A DNA stretch of 64,000 nt from Catajapyx aquilonaris (taxonomy: Eukaryota). The notes under the pieces are model-generated. The model ran no database searches. It was not told where the DNA came from and saw only the letters and a list, made by a program, of their open reading frames with translations. The translations under genes and the position numbers were made by a program. The DNA is taken from assembly GCA_000934665.2 (NCBI GenBank), contig KZ538244.1, forward strand, positions 62,001-126,000. Direction: 5' to 3'. This document shows, in pieces, positions 52,787-64,000 of this stretch (position 1 is its first letter; every line of letters starts with the position of its first letter).

Positions 52787-55700
52787 TAAACAGAACAACT
52801 GTCATCAGCGGTTCGGTGGGTATATGTACTGAGAGTACCGGTTTTTAAATTGGGATGGGGTTTGCTCGGTGTTATTAGAAAACCATTTAACATCGGCTGT
52901 CACGGCTGGTAGAAGGAAGTGATAAATAAGGTATTGTTGCTTCTTCTTAAGGGGAGGACTTCCCGATAGAGTTGGCATTTGCCAAACGGGGCGGTCATCA
53001 CAAATTAGAGTACCGTTATGGCTTGCACAATAGTCCCGGTTTTTGCGACCTTAATCCGGTGAGAGGGCTTGGAGTGTGAAGCGTCCCAACTTGCTGCCGA
53101 GTTTTACGGTCAATCTCATGTTTATTTTGCAGAGGTTTTTTTTACTGGAGTATGAAGGGAGCGATGCAAATTTTGTCTGATGGCACGGTAGAGTTTTTTG
53201 CAATATCTATTTGGTACCCATGTAAGAATTTGGCTGGTTTTTTTAAAAGTCAGCCTGTTACACCTTTAGTATCAGTGTTCTAAGCCCAAGTTCATCCATG
53301 GCTCAAAGGGGTCAACCATCGGAGTTGCACCCCTCCCTAATTTCAGTCCGTGCAAAGGCAGGGCTTACTCTATCCCTGACTCGGACTCCCACCGACCATT
53401 CTGTCATTTGTCAAGGGGGGCCTCCCAGGGGCCAGCCCTCCCATTGTTTACCCTCTGCCGCCGGGATTTGCATATAATTACCAATCTGCTCGTTCCCCGG
53501 ACTTCTTGCCTCCACCTCCAATCACCCGGGGAAAGGGAAAATGGACGGCTTGCTTGCTTGGGACTTTGCTTCACGACCGGCTACACACCAAATCTATTTG
53601 CTGGGGGTGGGGAGAAAAAGGAGATGAATAAAAAAATACGCCCCTATACTTTACCCCCATGGGGCTAAGGGGCGTAAGTAGATACGCCGGAGTAAGTTGC
53701 CTGCACATTCACATTTTTAAAAAAATTGTATGAAATGTTACTTCCTGGAGCAAATATTGCCAGACCTCATGACCTGGACTGATTTTTAAATGAATAACAG
53801 TCAATTTTCATGTACACTGTAACCACCACCACTTTTCTTTATATTGATGGCAGGAAGCTGGTAAAAGATGGAGGGGGACACAAAAAAGATGGCGAGAGGT
53901 TGCCATGTTGGAGTCGTCAGTTTTTCCCCATGCCGGAAAATATTTAATATCCCAAAGCATATTTGAAGAAGTGAATGCCTGGCGTGTTGTCGCAAGCTCT
54001 TAGGTAAAGAGTAGAATCATTCCGAGTGGAAGTTGGCATAGCAGTGCCCCAAGCATGCACCATTTCTATCTCAGCAGGGATGAAGGAAGGGGGGGGGGGG
54101 GTTGCACAAGCTGGGTACTTTGATGCTCCGGAAGAACTTTTAAAAAAAGGAACAAACGTCGCATGTCTGGCGTCAAAAGCAAGGATGCAATTTGCATTTG
54201 AATTTCAAAGTGTACAGTTCTCCCTTCATGTTCACTGTAAAAAGAATGTGGAATTTGCGCTGGAGTCGACTCTACAGGTTCACAGTGCACAAGGCCTATA
54301 GTTGCGTGACATAAATCATCCAATGAGAAGCAGCAATTTCTTCATCGGGTAATTACCTTGCATACCAGGGTCAACTGACCAATTTGGCTGATTGGTCAGG
54401 ATTGGAAAATTTGGTGCTATCAACAGGCGGTTACTTGGGAATATGTTTTATGTCATTTTTTTTGCCCTCTATTGAACACCCCTGGCCAAATACCAACTCA
54501 AGAAGTGGTGACCGAGGAAGGAGGCCATTCAGATCAATGACACTGGTGGCGTGCAAACAGAAAATAGATTGGTGGGGGTCTGCCCCTGAGAGGTGAGGAG
54601 GGTGGTGCCACGGGTGCCCTTCTCTTTCTTCAACCCCCTCTACTATACCACCCCCACCCCTCCAATTGTTGCTGAGGATGCGCCGAATCCCACCCACGCC
54701 TGCATCCAAAAGCCAAGCCATGCCCACGGGGGCTCCAACTGTGTCTACAGGGAGCTACCAATAACTACGGCACTCGTACTGTAGGAAGCTTTCTCATGTA
54801 CCGCTCCTTTTACAGCCTCGCTTTTGTACAAAGAGCAAGAAAACGTGGCTCGTACTTTCCTTTATTTTTTGAGCTTCCAAAAAAAAAATGTATATTGCTC
54901 CGTAGTGTCCCGGATTATTCCCCGGATTGCGTGCTCAGGTCGTTATTCCGCAATATAAATGTATATTTGATAAGAACCTACGACTTGGCGGCTTTTATTG
55001 CAGCACTGAAAAGGTGGAAGGCCAGTAATGAAACTCATATGTGCCAAGATTAGGTTTCAATCACGGGGAACATTCGCATTATGAACCTTGAAATTACTGG
55101 GTTTATTGACTCGTAAAAAGCGGCAACTTCCTGCACTTTCCATGGCAAAAAAAATTAATAATTTAATACAGAAATGTGGCCGTATAAGTGTGCGAAATTG
55201 GGCTTTTATATATAACATGATGACAGTAAATTAGACGGTCCCCGTAGCTTTTCATGATAAGCTACGTTTCTTCTAGAAATAGGCTTGTAAGAAGTTTTAC
55301 ACTCTTAATAAAGGTGCTAATAAGGTTTTCCTGCCCGCGAAATGGCATAAGCTAATATCTCACGAGAGAGTGATGGATTTTTTTTTGCGCGACTTTTTAA
55401 ATTACAGCGAGAATTGGCTAACAATTTAAGAAGTCATCATGCAAAGAGCCTGAAGATAAAATTTTATTCCACTTAATTATACGGCTATTACCGGTATCGT
55501 CGAGTTGTCCGGATACAAAGTTGCTATTGCAGAGAATTTTAGTTACAACCGTTATTGATGAAAATGGCGAATTTTTGACACCTGAACTATTTGAAACATT
55601 TATCTGGGTCCGGGTTAGGGTCTGGACCTAAAATTGTGTCCGTGGTAAATGTACCAAGCTGTTTGTAAACCCTAGGCAGGTTTGTGATGCAGATGGCGAC

Positions 55701-58700
55701 CACTCTGAGGGGGTCTTTTTCGAATCCCCGACAACGCCTTTTTGGTGGAGCTTATCGCACCCATTCTGGTATGCAAAAGCAGACATGGTGCATCCAGGGA
55801 GGAGAAGGCATTCAGTGTGACACCACAACGGATTGGGAGAGGAATACATAAGGGCCCCGCTCTGAATCTTGATGGACACTTGTATATCTGGCAGTCTTCA
55901 AGTCTCAGAAAAACCTTTGGAGACGTCTTGGCGGGGGGAGGTTTTTCTGTGGAAGGAATGTTCTTGAAGGGTTGATTCCAGGAGAGATACGTAACCTACA
56001 ATTGAGGTTAAATATTTCATTAAGTATGTTTTAGTGAACAATGTACAACCTGAAAACTTTTTTTTCTGCTTAAATGATGACCACAGTCGCCCAAGTTTCG
56101 GCCATAAGTGGAAATTAGAGTCGGTCGTGTTGACCACTTGTCCAGGCTGTCAGGCGGCGTTTACGACGGAAACTGACGCGGAATTGACGCGTCTGGAATT
56201 AAGCCAAGTGCGAGACGCTGACGAAAATTGTCATTTTTGTGGATGTCATCTTGAGATTCATATTGCGCGGAATTTGTCCGGATTATGGAGTTATGACGGA
56301 AACGCGGCAACGAGGGTTATACCCGGCTTCAGGAATTTTTGGAGCGTTACTGAGAATTTACTTCCATCCTTTTGGGGATTGCAGACTCGGGCGAAGTAAA
56401 ATATTTACGTCCCGGTTGGCTGGTAGGTGCTGAATATTTTTATGATTGAAGGAGATATGCTGTACTGTATTCAAGAGAAAATAGCACATCAATTTATTTG
56501 TGACAAATTATTTATTGGTCAAAGCTTATAGTTACAGCACACCCTGTATTTCAAATTCCGGCCGGTAAACTGCCCCAGGTGCTTATGCGGCGTGATTTAC
56601 TGGAGTCGTGACTGGTTCATGCGACTCCCTGCGAATCCAACAAGTGTATATACGTATAGACAGTCTTCTCACATGACACCGGCCGACTCGCTCCTTGCAG
56701 TCTCTATTGCAATGTATGTGTTCCACACACTGGACAAAATGCATGCAAATTGGACTGGACCAACGCCCATGACTCTACATAATGGCATCGTTCAGTGCGA
56801 CAATGGGCAGATTTTTTAAATGCTAAAACTAGTTGCTGGAAGGACCTTTCATCTGTTCTCATAAGCAGTCACTCGTGGCCCCTGCTGAACAAGGTACACA
56901 AAAAAAACTTTAAAAAACTGGTCAGCAGAGCCAACCCCCCAAAAACTGTTGGGCACACGAGTGACCACCCATGTGGTCACGCCCCCCTGCCCACAGACCA
57001 TGCACATGTGACGGAGTTGGCAGGTCTAAGCAAACGTTTCAAAGCTGTGGGCCTTGGCAAATGGGATTCTCCAGACATTAATTAAGCAGGAGATGCAACA
57101 TTTTCCATGCAGTTCTTCCAAAAAAAAAATATTAAAAAAAACAAGCAAATAACGGGTCATTGTTGTACAGTAGAATGTGAGGAGGGGGATATGCGAATTT
57201 TTAATGTAAATTGCTGATGGGCATGATGGCTAGATGGCTGGGTGATTATGGTGATATATGAGAAGAGAGGGAGGGTTGGAACAGCATGTGTGTAGTTCCC
57301 CCTGTGGAATTGTGACGTCACTGATTAACACCACTTGACCCACAGCTCAATTAGGTCGTCTGATACGGGCGGATAATTGTTCCGGGGAAAATTGACTTGA
57401 TGTTGCTTCGGATGATCGCTGCCGCCCGGATTTGCAGTCACAATGGGTTAGAACACCAGCACTGTGATGCCCTCCAGCATTGTCACATCATGCTCTCAAT
57501 ATTTGATGATGTCATTATCAAAACCAAGCTACCTCAGTGATAGCCTTGTTTCGATAATGACATTATTTATTTATTTGCTAAACTCCCATGTTTCAAGCTT
57601 CTCCAGTAATAAATCATTTAAGTACAGCGCTTGTTTATCAGTTGAAAAAAATTTGCTGAGCACTTTCTAGAGTATATATACAACCAAGCGCTTTAGCAAG
57701 GGAAATTTGGTCGCCATTAGTCGGCGTGAAAATTCACTTGTCGCTCCTGCAATTATGTTCCTCTAGCGTCATGTTTGGCTGGGAGTTGCTGTGTCTCTAC
57801 ACCAATTACCTCCGGCTGACTCCCGGAGGAATTTCCAGAAACAAACTCTGGGCCTGGTTCCATCTCTCTCTGTCTCCCAATGTCCTGGGTGGATTACCGA
57901 GATTAAGTCGGCGACTTGCAGCGATGCACAATTTATGGGAGCCCTGCTAGCATTAGGCTCGTCAACGCCTAGCTTCCGCTCCCCAAGTTATCTTCCGCAA
58001 TTACCATCAATCAGAGACCCTGCGATTTCTGTTGTAAATCCTCCACTCCAGAGACAAACCCTTTTTGTCGATGCCTAACTGCTGCGGAAAATTTTTAACC
58101 AGGGTTTAATTCCATAAAGGGTAGACATTATGCTTGATTAATAATAAGTCGGATAACAAATATAATCTTATTGGTATAAGTCTCTTAGGTGTAATGGCCT
58201 TTAGGAGTAAGCCAATAAGCAAGCAGAGGGGTTCTCTGAGCCTGACATGATCGTGGTTTTTAGCAAGACTTTGCATCAAGGTCAGATGTGACCTGCTTCT
58301 GTACATTTTGCGACTAATTTTGTACACTAAAATAGAAGGGAAACCTGATAACACGAGGTTGATATTTATGACACTATATAGCAAACGAACGTGCAGAATT
58401 GTTTAATTTTTAAATAAAACATACTTATACTGTGAATTTTAAAATTATTTTTTGCTTTGTTGTAGAGCACCGTTTGTGCTTTCAAGTCAAGCAGTAATTA
58501 AATACATTTATAAGTAAGCGTAAAAAAAATCTTGTGCCAAAAGGTGCCCTTATTTGGTCCACCCATTTCCCATTACTGACGACCACAGTTTTGATCCTCA
58601 GGATCACCCCATCTCAGCTTTGACCCTGGTAAGAGAGAGTGGTGTTCAAATCCCTCAAAAGGCTATAACTGCATAGTCTAGGATGATGGAGAGGATGTGT

Positions 58701-61184
58701 ATATATCCCCCCCCCCCTCTACTATTTTCTACCAGATCTCTAGGGACCCCTTTCGCTCGGGCACCAAAACTAAATCGAATCAAATCCTGATGACTGGCTG
58801 TCAGAGCTACTCTGCTGCGATGGACGAGATCAAACCCAGTCCCCACAGGGAGGGGGATGGGATAGAAGCGAATAGTGTAATTGTGCCAACTCGGGACAAT
58901 AGTTATCATGGGCAATCGCCAATGTTATTGCGAGGCTGGTGACTCCTCGGGTGCGATTTATTTAAGCTCGTAGCCAGCTACTTTGATGATGATAGCCTTT
59001 GACTTACTCCTGAGGGCGTCATTTGAACTTGTCGCAGGGTGTAATTTATTTATGTTCCCAAGTTGGGTCTCTTTGGGGGCAAGGACGGAAGTGGGTTGCC
59101 GCAGGGAATGGTTGGGGAGATCTGTAGGATATATGGTCGGTCTTTTGTGGAGATTTTTTAACAACCATGACTTTACCGACTGAATGATAGAAAATTGATC
59201 ATCCGGCAGTAGTGACAGCTCTATCGATAATGGAATCGAATTATCTGGTATTATCGTGTACCTCCCCATGCACTGATTGCCTAATTATTCATGCAAATTA
59301 TTAGCTGAGTAAATACTGTAGATGAAATTGAATCAGCGCTGACATGTTCATCATCGATCATTCCCCGAATTCATCTCCGGCTGCAGGTGACCACAAATAA
59401 TGGGAACGTCGTACAAAACCCGGGTGTGTGACATAGCAGAAGGTTCGTGGCATCGCAATCTTCTTAGTCATGACTGGCTTGTCAATACTCTGCCGCCTTC
59501 CCGTGGTGCACTTGATATGACTCTATATACAGTAGGCCGAATCTGCCAATTACAGGAGAGTCATCGGGGGAAAAGAACCGGCAGCAACATCAGGGTGCCC
59601 GTAGCCTGCGGGTCTGGTCTTTTCTTCTTTCCCCGCCTCATCCTCAATGGTCCATGGACCATCCCCCTTATTTTTATTAATGAGTCCGTCTGCTGGCTTT
59701 ATGGCTTCAGGCGTCTCGATAACCGCATTGCTGATATGAAGAGTGGTAATGGTCCAGGAAGAAGGCGATATAAGTTAATGACAGATCAATATATTCGGTT
59801 TAAAACCGAGCCGACGTTGACCCAACGACTCCCGTGTGAACCCCCCTTAATTACGACAATGTGACGCACCGGTTAAGTCCTCTTGTATTCTCACCCAACC
59901 AGCACTAATTTCCCCGGAGGTGGCCTCCCCCAAAATGGACAAACTTTGCCACTGCAAACTCTCCCGCGACTCAATTTTCCCTCAGCTCCTTGACTAATTA
60001 GTCCCCGTTTGTCACCTCACATGCAGGGTCCAAAGAGGGGGGAGATCATTAGTCGCCCACAAAATTTTTTCCCTCAGAGTCAGTGTCACCCTCGTAAAAG
60101 ACACCAGGTTCCTCTCTTCCTTCTGCGGTTACCAAGCGCAAACTCAAATTTATGGCGAGTTGTCGTGTGCGGATATCAGGCAGCGAAGACTCACCCATGG
60201 GATTCGCCTAATGGCCGCATTAGAAGGCCTAATTTCGGCTCTCTCCACGCCTCCGCTCCACCTCACATTGAATCAGCATCACAGCGTACCTCAATCCAAT
60301 TTCCTAGATCATTGCCGTGTCTATCCGACTACTATTCAGAGTTGAGACAAACTTGCAGGCATCCCATATATGTACCCCCTTTGTACGGGCGACATGGACC
60401 AGACCAATTAGTGATGTGGGGGGGTTGACAAAGGCATCTAAATCATGGTGGATCGGGAGATGTGGACATCCCCAGCCTGTGATGTGTACGTTATTCATCC
60501 CTAGGTTCCCCACATCGAATCATCTCTCCCAAGTCGTCACTACAAAGAGAGACCTGGCTAATTTCATCACTAGTTTGGTGGGGGCCATGAGGGGAAATGA
60601 CGGGTTATTTGATTAGGTTGGAGTTGGGTGTTGGCACTCAACTTGGGCCTGGAGTATTGCTTATCGGATAGCCAGAGGCGGTTGATACTCTCTCTCCACA
60701 CATTATTTGGTAAGGGGAGACAACAAACCCGACAGTTAGGGAAAAAATGGTGTGGTTTTTTCCATGAGACTAGGGGAGAGACGGATGATTCAGAGAGGCC
60801 CCAGCTCAGGGAGTTATGGTTTGTATCAGAATTTGATAGATGGCTTTTGGTGAATTAGCTCGTGCTCTTTTGTTATTACCAAACTCGGTCCATTTGGGGA
60901 AAACGTGGGGATATTAATTTCAGTTGGAAGACGAATGGACGGGTGTTTGCGGGAGAGATCAGTATCGTTTCTACTTGTCCAATGACTAATGATCGCGTTT
61001 CATACATGAAGTTTGGCGAAGGGGAGCCAACCATGTAGTAAACCACTGGTAAAACTTTCAGGGCCCTAGACTGTCCACAGGTTGTGAAGGTTGACCTCAA
61101 GTCATCCCTCTGACCCCGCAAAGTCGCTCAGGGTTGTGGTCGTGGTCCAATAATACAACGGGTACGGAGCAAGCATTTATTAGA

Positions 61185-61369
61185 CTAGCCTGCAATCAGA
61201 CCCCAACACGACTGAATACACAAAAGAGCAAGTGGCCCCAGGCGCTACTGCCATCTAGTGAGGAACGTCACAAGGTGGCGCAACTGCACACTCCTGCCAC
61301 CTAGGTAGTGCGAGGTACTATCAGCGCAGACAAACAAACGGAACGAGAGACAAGGCCGATTATGTATGA
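61185..61369 (-). mobile_element. Candidate mini-Helitron (~185 bp) carrying CTCF-like motifs
   Basis: Minus strand: A|TCATACATAATCGGCCTTGTCTC...GTTTGTTTGTCTG at the 5' end and ...GGCTAG|T at the 3' end. The subterminal hairpin is degenerate. Confidence 0.45.
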
Positions 61370-64000
61370 TAATGAGTAGACATGTCTTGTACCGAACTTA
61401 TATCCATCATAAGTGTAGCAGCAGGGGTGTGTGAGGGGCTCATGGGAGGTCTCGTATTTCCGCAGGGAACGAAGTGACAATTCATATTTCTGTCACGGAC
61501 CCTCCGCCCGGAGTGAGGAATCAGGCGGTGGTAATTAGAGCGAAGACACTCCAGGGACGAATCCTTCACAGGAGGAAAGAGATGACCCCTCACAGCCAAA
61601 AGATATGGCGGAAGTAGGAAGAGGGAGAGCAATACGCGAGGGGGCTACAGAATGAGAGAAAAGGTTCCCCTTTGGTCCAACATCGCACCTTTTATCTCTC
61701 GGCCATAGAGACAGTTGGTGACGCGTGAAATATTGCGTTTTCCACCAGAATTGTATCGTTTCCGGAATAAGGAGGGGGTTTGAAACAGGGGGATTAGGTG
61801 CCCCTGTCTAGATACGATTGATATCTATAGATATATGGCGTATGTTCATGTTGAATTATTAACAACAGGGAAGACTAGACAATAATTGCACACGTGTTGT
61901 ATGCCTGTGAAAATCGGTGTTTCCGTTGCTTTTGGGAAGAGGCCAGTTAATTCCTTCTCACCTGTACAGGACTCGCATTAATATCCATCCTGGGCCCTGG
62001 GAGGAAGCGGTAAATTTGTATTATCACGGCTGCTGCGTGCATTTTTACCCCCGCTTCCTGGAAGGGTCCAAGCCTCTTATTAGAGAATTACAATAGCATT
62101 TTGTTGTGGGGAGACTTGGGGCTTCCTCTTGTCTGGAGGGATTCATCAGTGTCTGCCTCACCTGTGATTAAAAGCCGATGGCCACGGGGAGAGAGATCTG
62201 TTGTGATGGGAAGAGGAGCCCTTTTCCTGCCTGGCTTCTGGATTGATCGAAATATGTCCTAATTATACACTGTGCGTATGTACCCAGCGTTGGGTGTAAT
62301 TTGTGCGTGTGATGCGGGCGGAGTTGGTGAATGTCCTTTTTGTTTAACCTGTGCCCTGAAGGACATTTTTGTTGCGAGAAATTATGTTGAAACCACACAT
62401 CCCGGTTATAAATACAAGGACTTGGGAAGGGAATAAATGGTAGGGGTCAGAATCAAGTTCTCATCGCCCAGAAATGAAATAATGTGGAGGAGGAATATTT
62501 TTCTGGCGGCATCGATGGGAAGGTTCCACTACATTGTTGGTTTTGGCATAGGCCCAGACTGGCCCTCCCAAGCGAAAGAGCGCAATGTAACGGCCAATTA
62601 GTGCCAAAATAAGTTTTACTGTTTGTATTTATGTAGACATGTGTTTTTAACTACTTCTTTCCGTCTGGGTATTATATTATAGATACAGATTTAGTTCGAG
62701 AAGCATCATATATGCGTGTGGTACGTTTTTAAAAAAGGAAGAGCGCAAAATTTTGCCCTCAACAATTTTTTAAGTTTTTATCAACAATCATCATGACTCC
62801 AGTAAACGACCGAAATTATTGTACAGCTTCAATACATATTTAGATATGGCATGTATACAGCACACAGTGGCATGTTTTAAACATAAAAATTGTGGATAAA
62901 AGTTTCAGTCGCTAGTAGCCGTTAGGCTCTCAATAAAACACCAGAATTGCATGAGATATGTCATGTTTGTAAATCCAGCACGTTTTAGTCCAGAGTAAAA
63001 ATCACAAAAGGACCAGAGTTATATTCATATGCACTGCATCAAATGATAACATCACATTTTTTTGAAAAATACCCCGCACTCATTGCCTGGAATGACAATA
63101 CTGCACAGTATTACCCTCTGCTTCCAAAAACGAGCCAAACGTCGCCATTACACCCGTTCAATTCCGTACGCATCCCGGAAAAATACGGGTGCAACGATAG
63201 CATCTCTCTCTCTGAAAAAAAAAATCCCTAGTCTCTCATCCTATATATTTACACAGGAGCTGTGCCAACCCAAATCGATGGCCCTTCTCCATGATATAGG
63301 CATATCAGTCGCAGTAACCGTATTAGACATTCTGGCTAGACTCCAGCTATCGGATCTCCCTATTTGACTCGATTTGTCTCCCACCACTTGGAAAATAGTC
63401 TTCTTTACATTTTGTGGAAAGTTGTTCCATACACCCATAGGATTGTTGCATACGCCCCGACCGCCCAAAGTTTCGGGTTGTGTTGACTCCCAGACTGTCA
63501 TCATACACTTTGTAAGGCTTAATTATGACGCGGGCTTGGTACTATATATTCTAGGATAATAGGCTATTACCGCCAAGCATAGGAGCCTAATGTGGTGCCA
63601 TTGTAAATCAATAACTGTCAACAACGTGGGTTATAAACAAGAGGGATTCACAATTCAGAGACGGGAGGAATTTTATTGGACCTCCATTTTTTTCTGTTTT
63701 ATTTATTCGAGGGGGTTCCATCTAGCATGGAGTCATCTCGTTTCATTCAGATTTATCGCCTGGAGGGGGGAGGGAGGTTATTTTAGGAGGAAAAACATGG
63801 GAGGGATGTGTGTGCGTTTGATGGGTAATTTGCGTTGTAAGTGCGCAATTGCAGTTGTTGCAGTCTCGTCTCTGTGGTGGACTCAGCAATGGAAAATGTG
63901 GGGTGGGTAGGGGGCATTTCAAATGTGAGTCTTATGTGTCCCATGGGAGAAATAATTAGAAAAGAAAAGCACTGCAAGTGTTTGGAACGTGAGCAATTAT

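Overview
Eukaryotic genomic DNA, most likely from an arthropod (an interstitial (TTAGG)8 tract, Helitron/HINE-like and Tc1/pogo-type MITEs, (AAT)n microsatellites, draft-assembly Ns at poly-C runs). I can support only one protein-coding gene: the 5' part of a minus-strand Snail-superfamily repressor, probably scratch-like. Coding exon 1 runs 9846->9552, starts with the SNAG-type motif MPRCYMVKK, ends in a poly-His tract and has a GTGAGT donor. A candidate exon-2 acceptor lies at 75/74, so intron 1 would be about 9.5 kb and the zinc fingers would fall outside the window. The remaining ~54 kb upstream has no credible CDS and looks like a developmental-gene regulatory desert, with many octamer (ATGCAAAT) and TAAT motifs and scattered short non-autonomous transposons. 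The most interesting signals are a stack of uORFs directly ahead of the SNAG start codon (one in frame and separated by a single TAA), an apparent excess of octamer sites, an apparent excess of TACWGTA transposon-excision-type footprints, a nested transposon pile-up at 22.3-24.6 kb, a hairpin-repeat/TTAGG composite at 30 kb and a CTCF-like motif cluster inside a mini-Helitron. I found no evidence for a new multi-gene system. All counts were made by eye and no database search was run.
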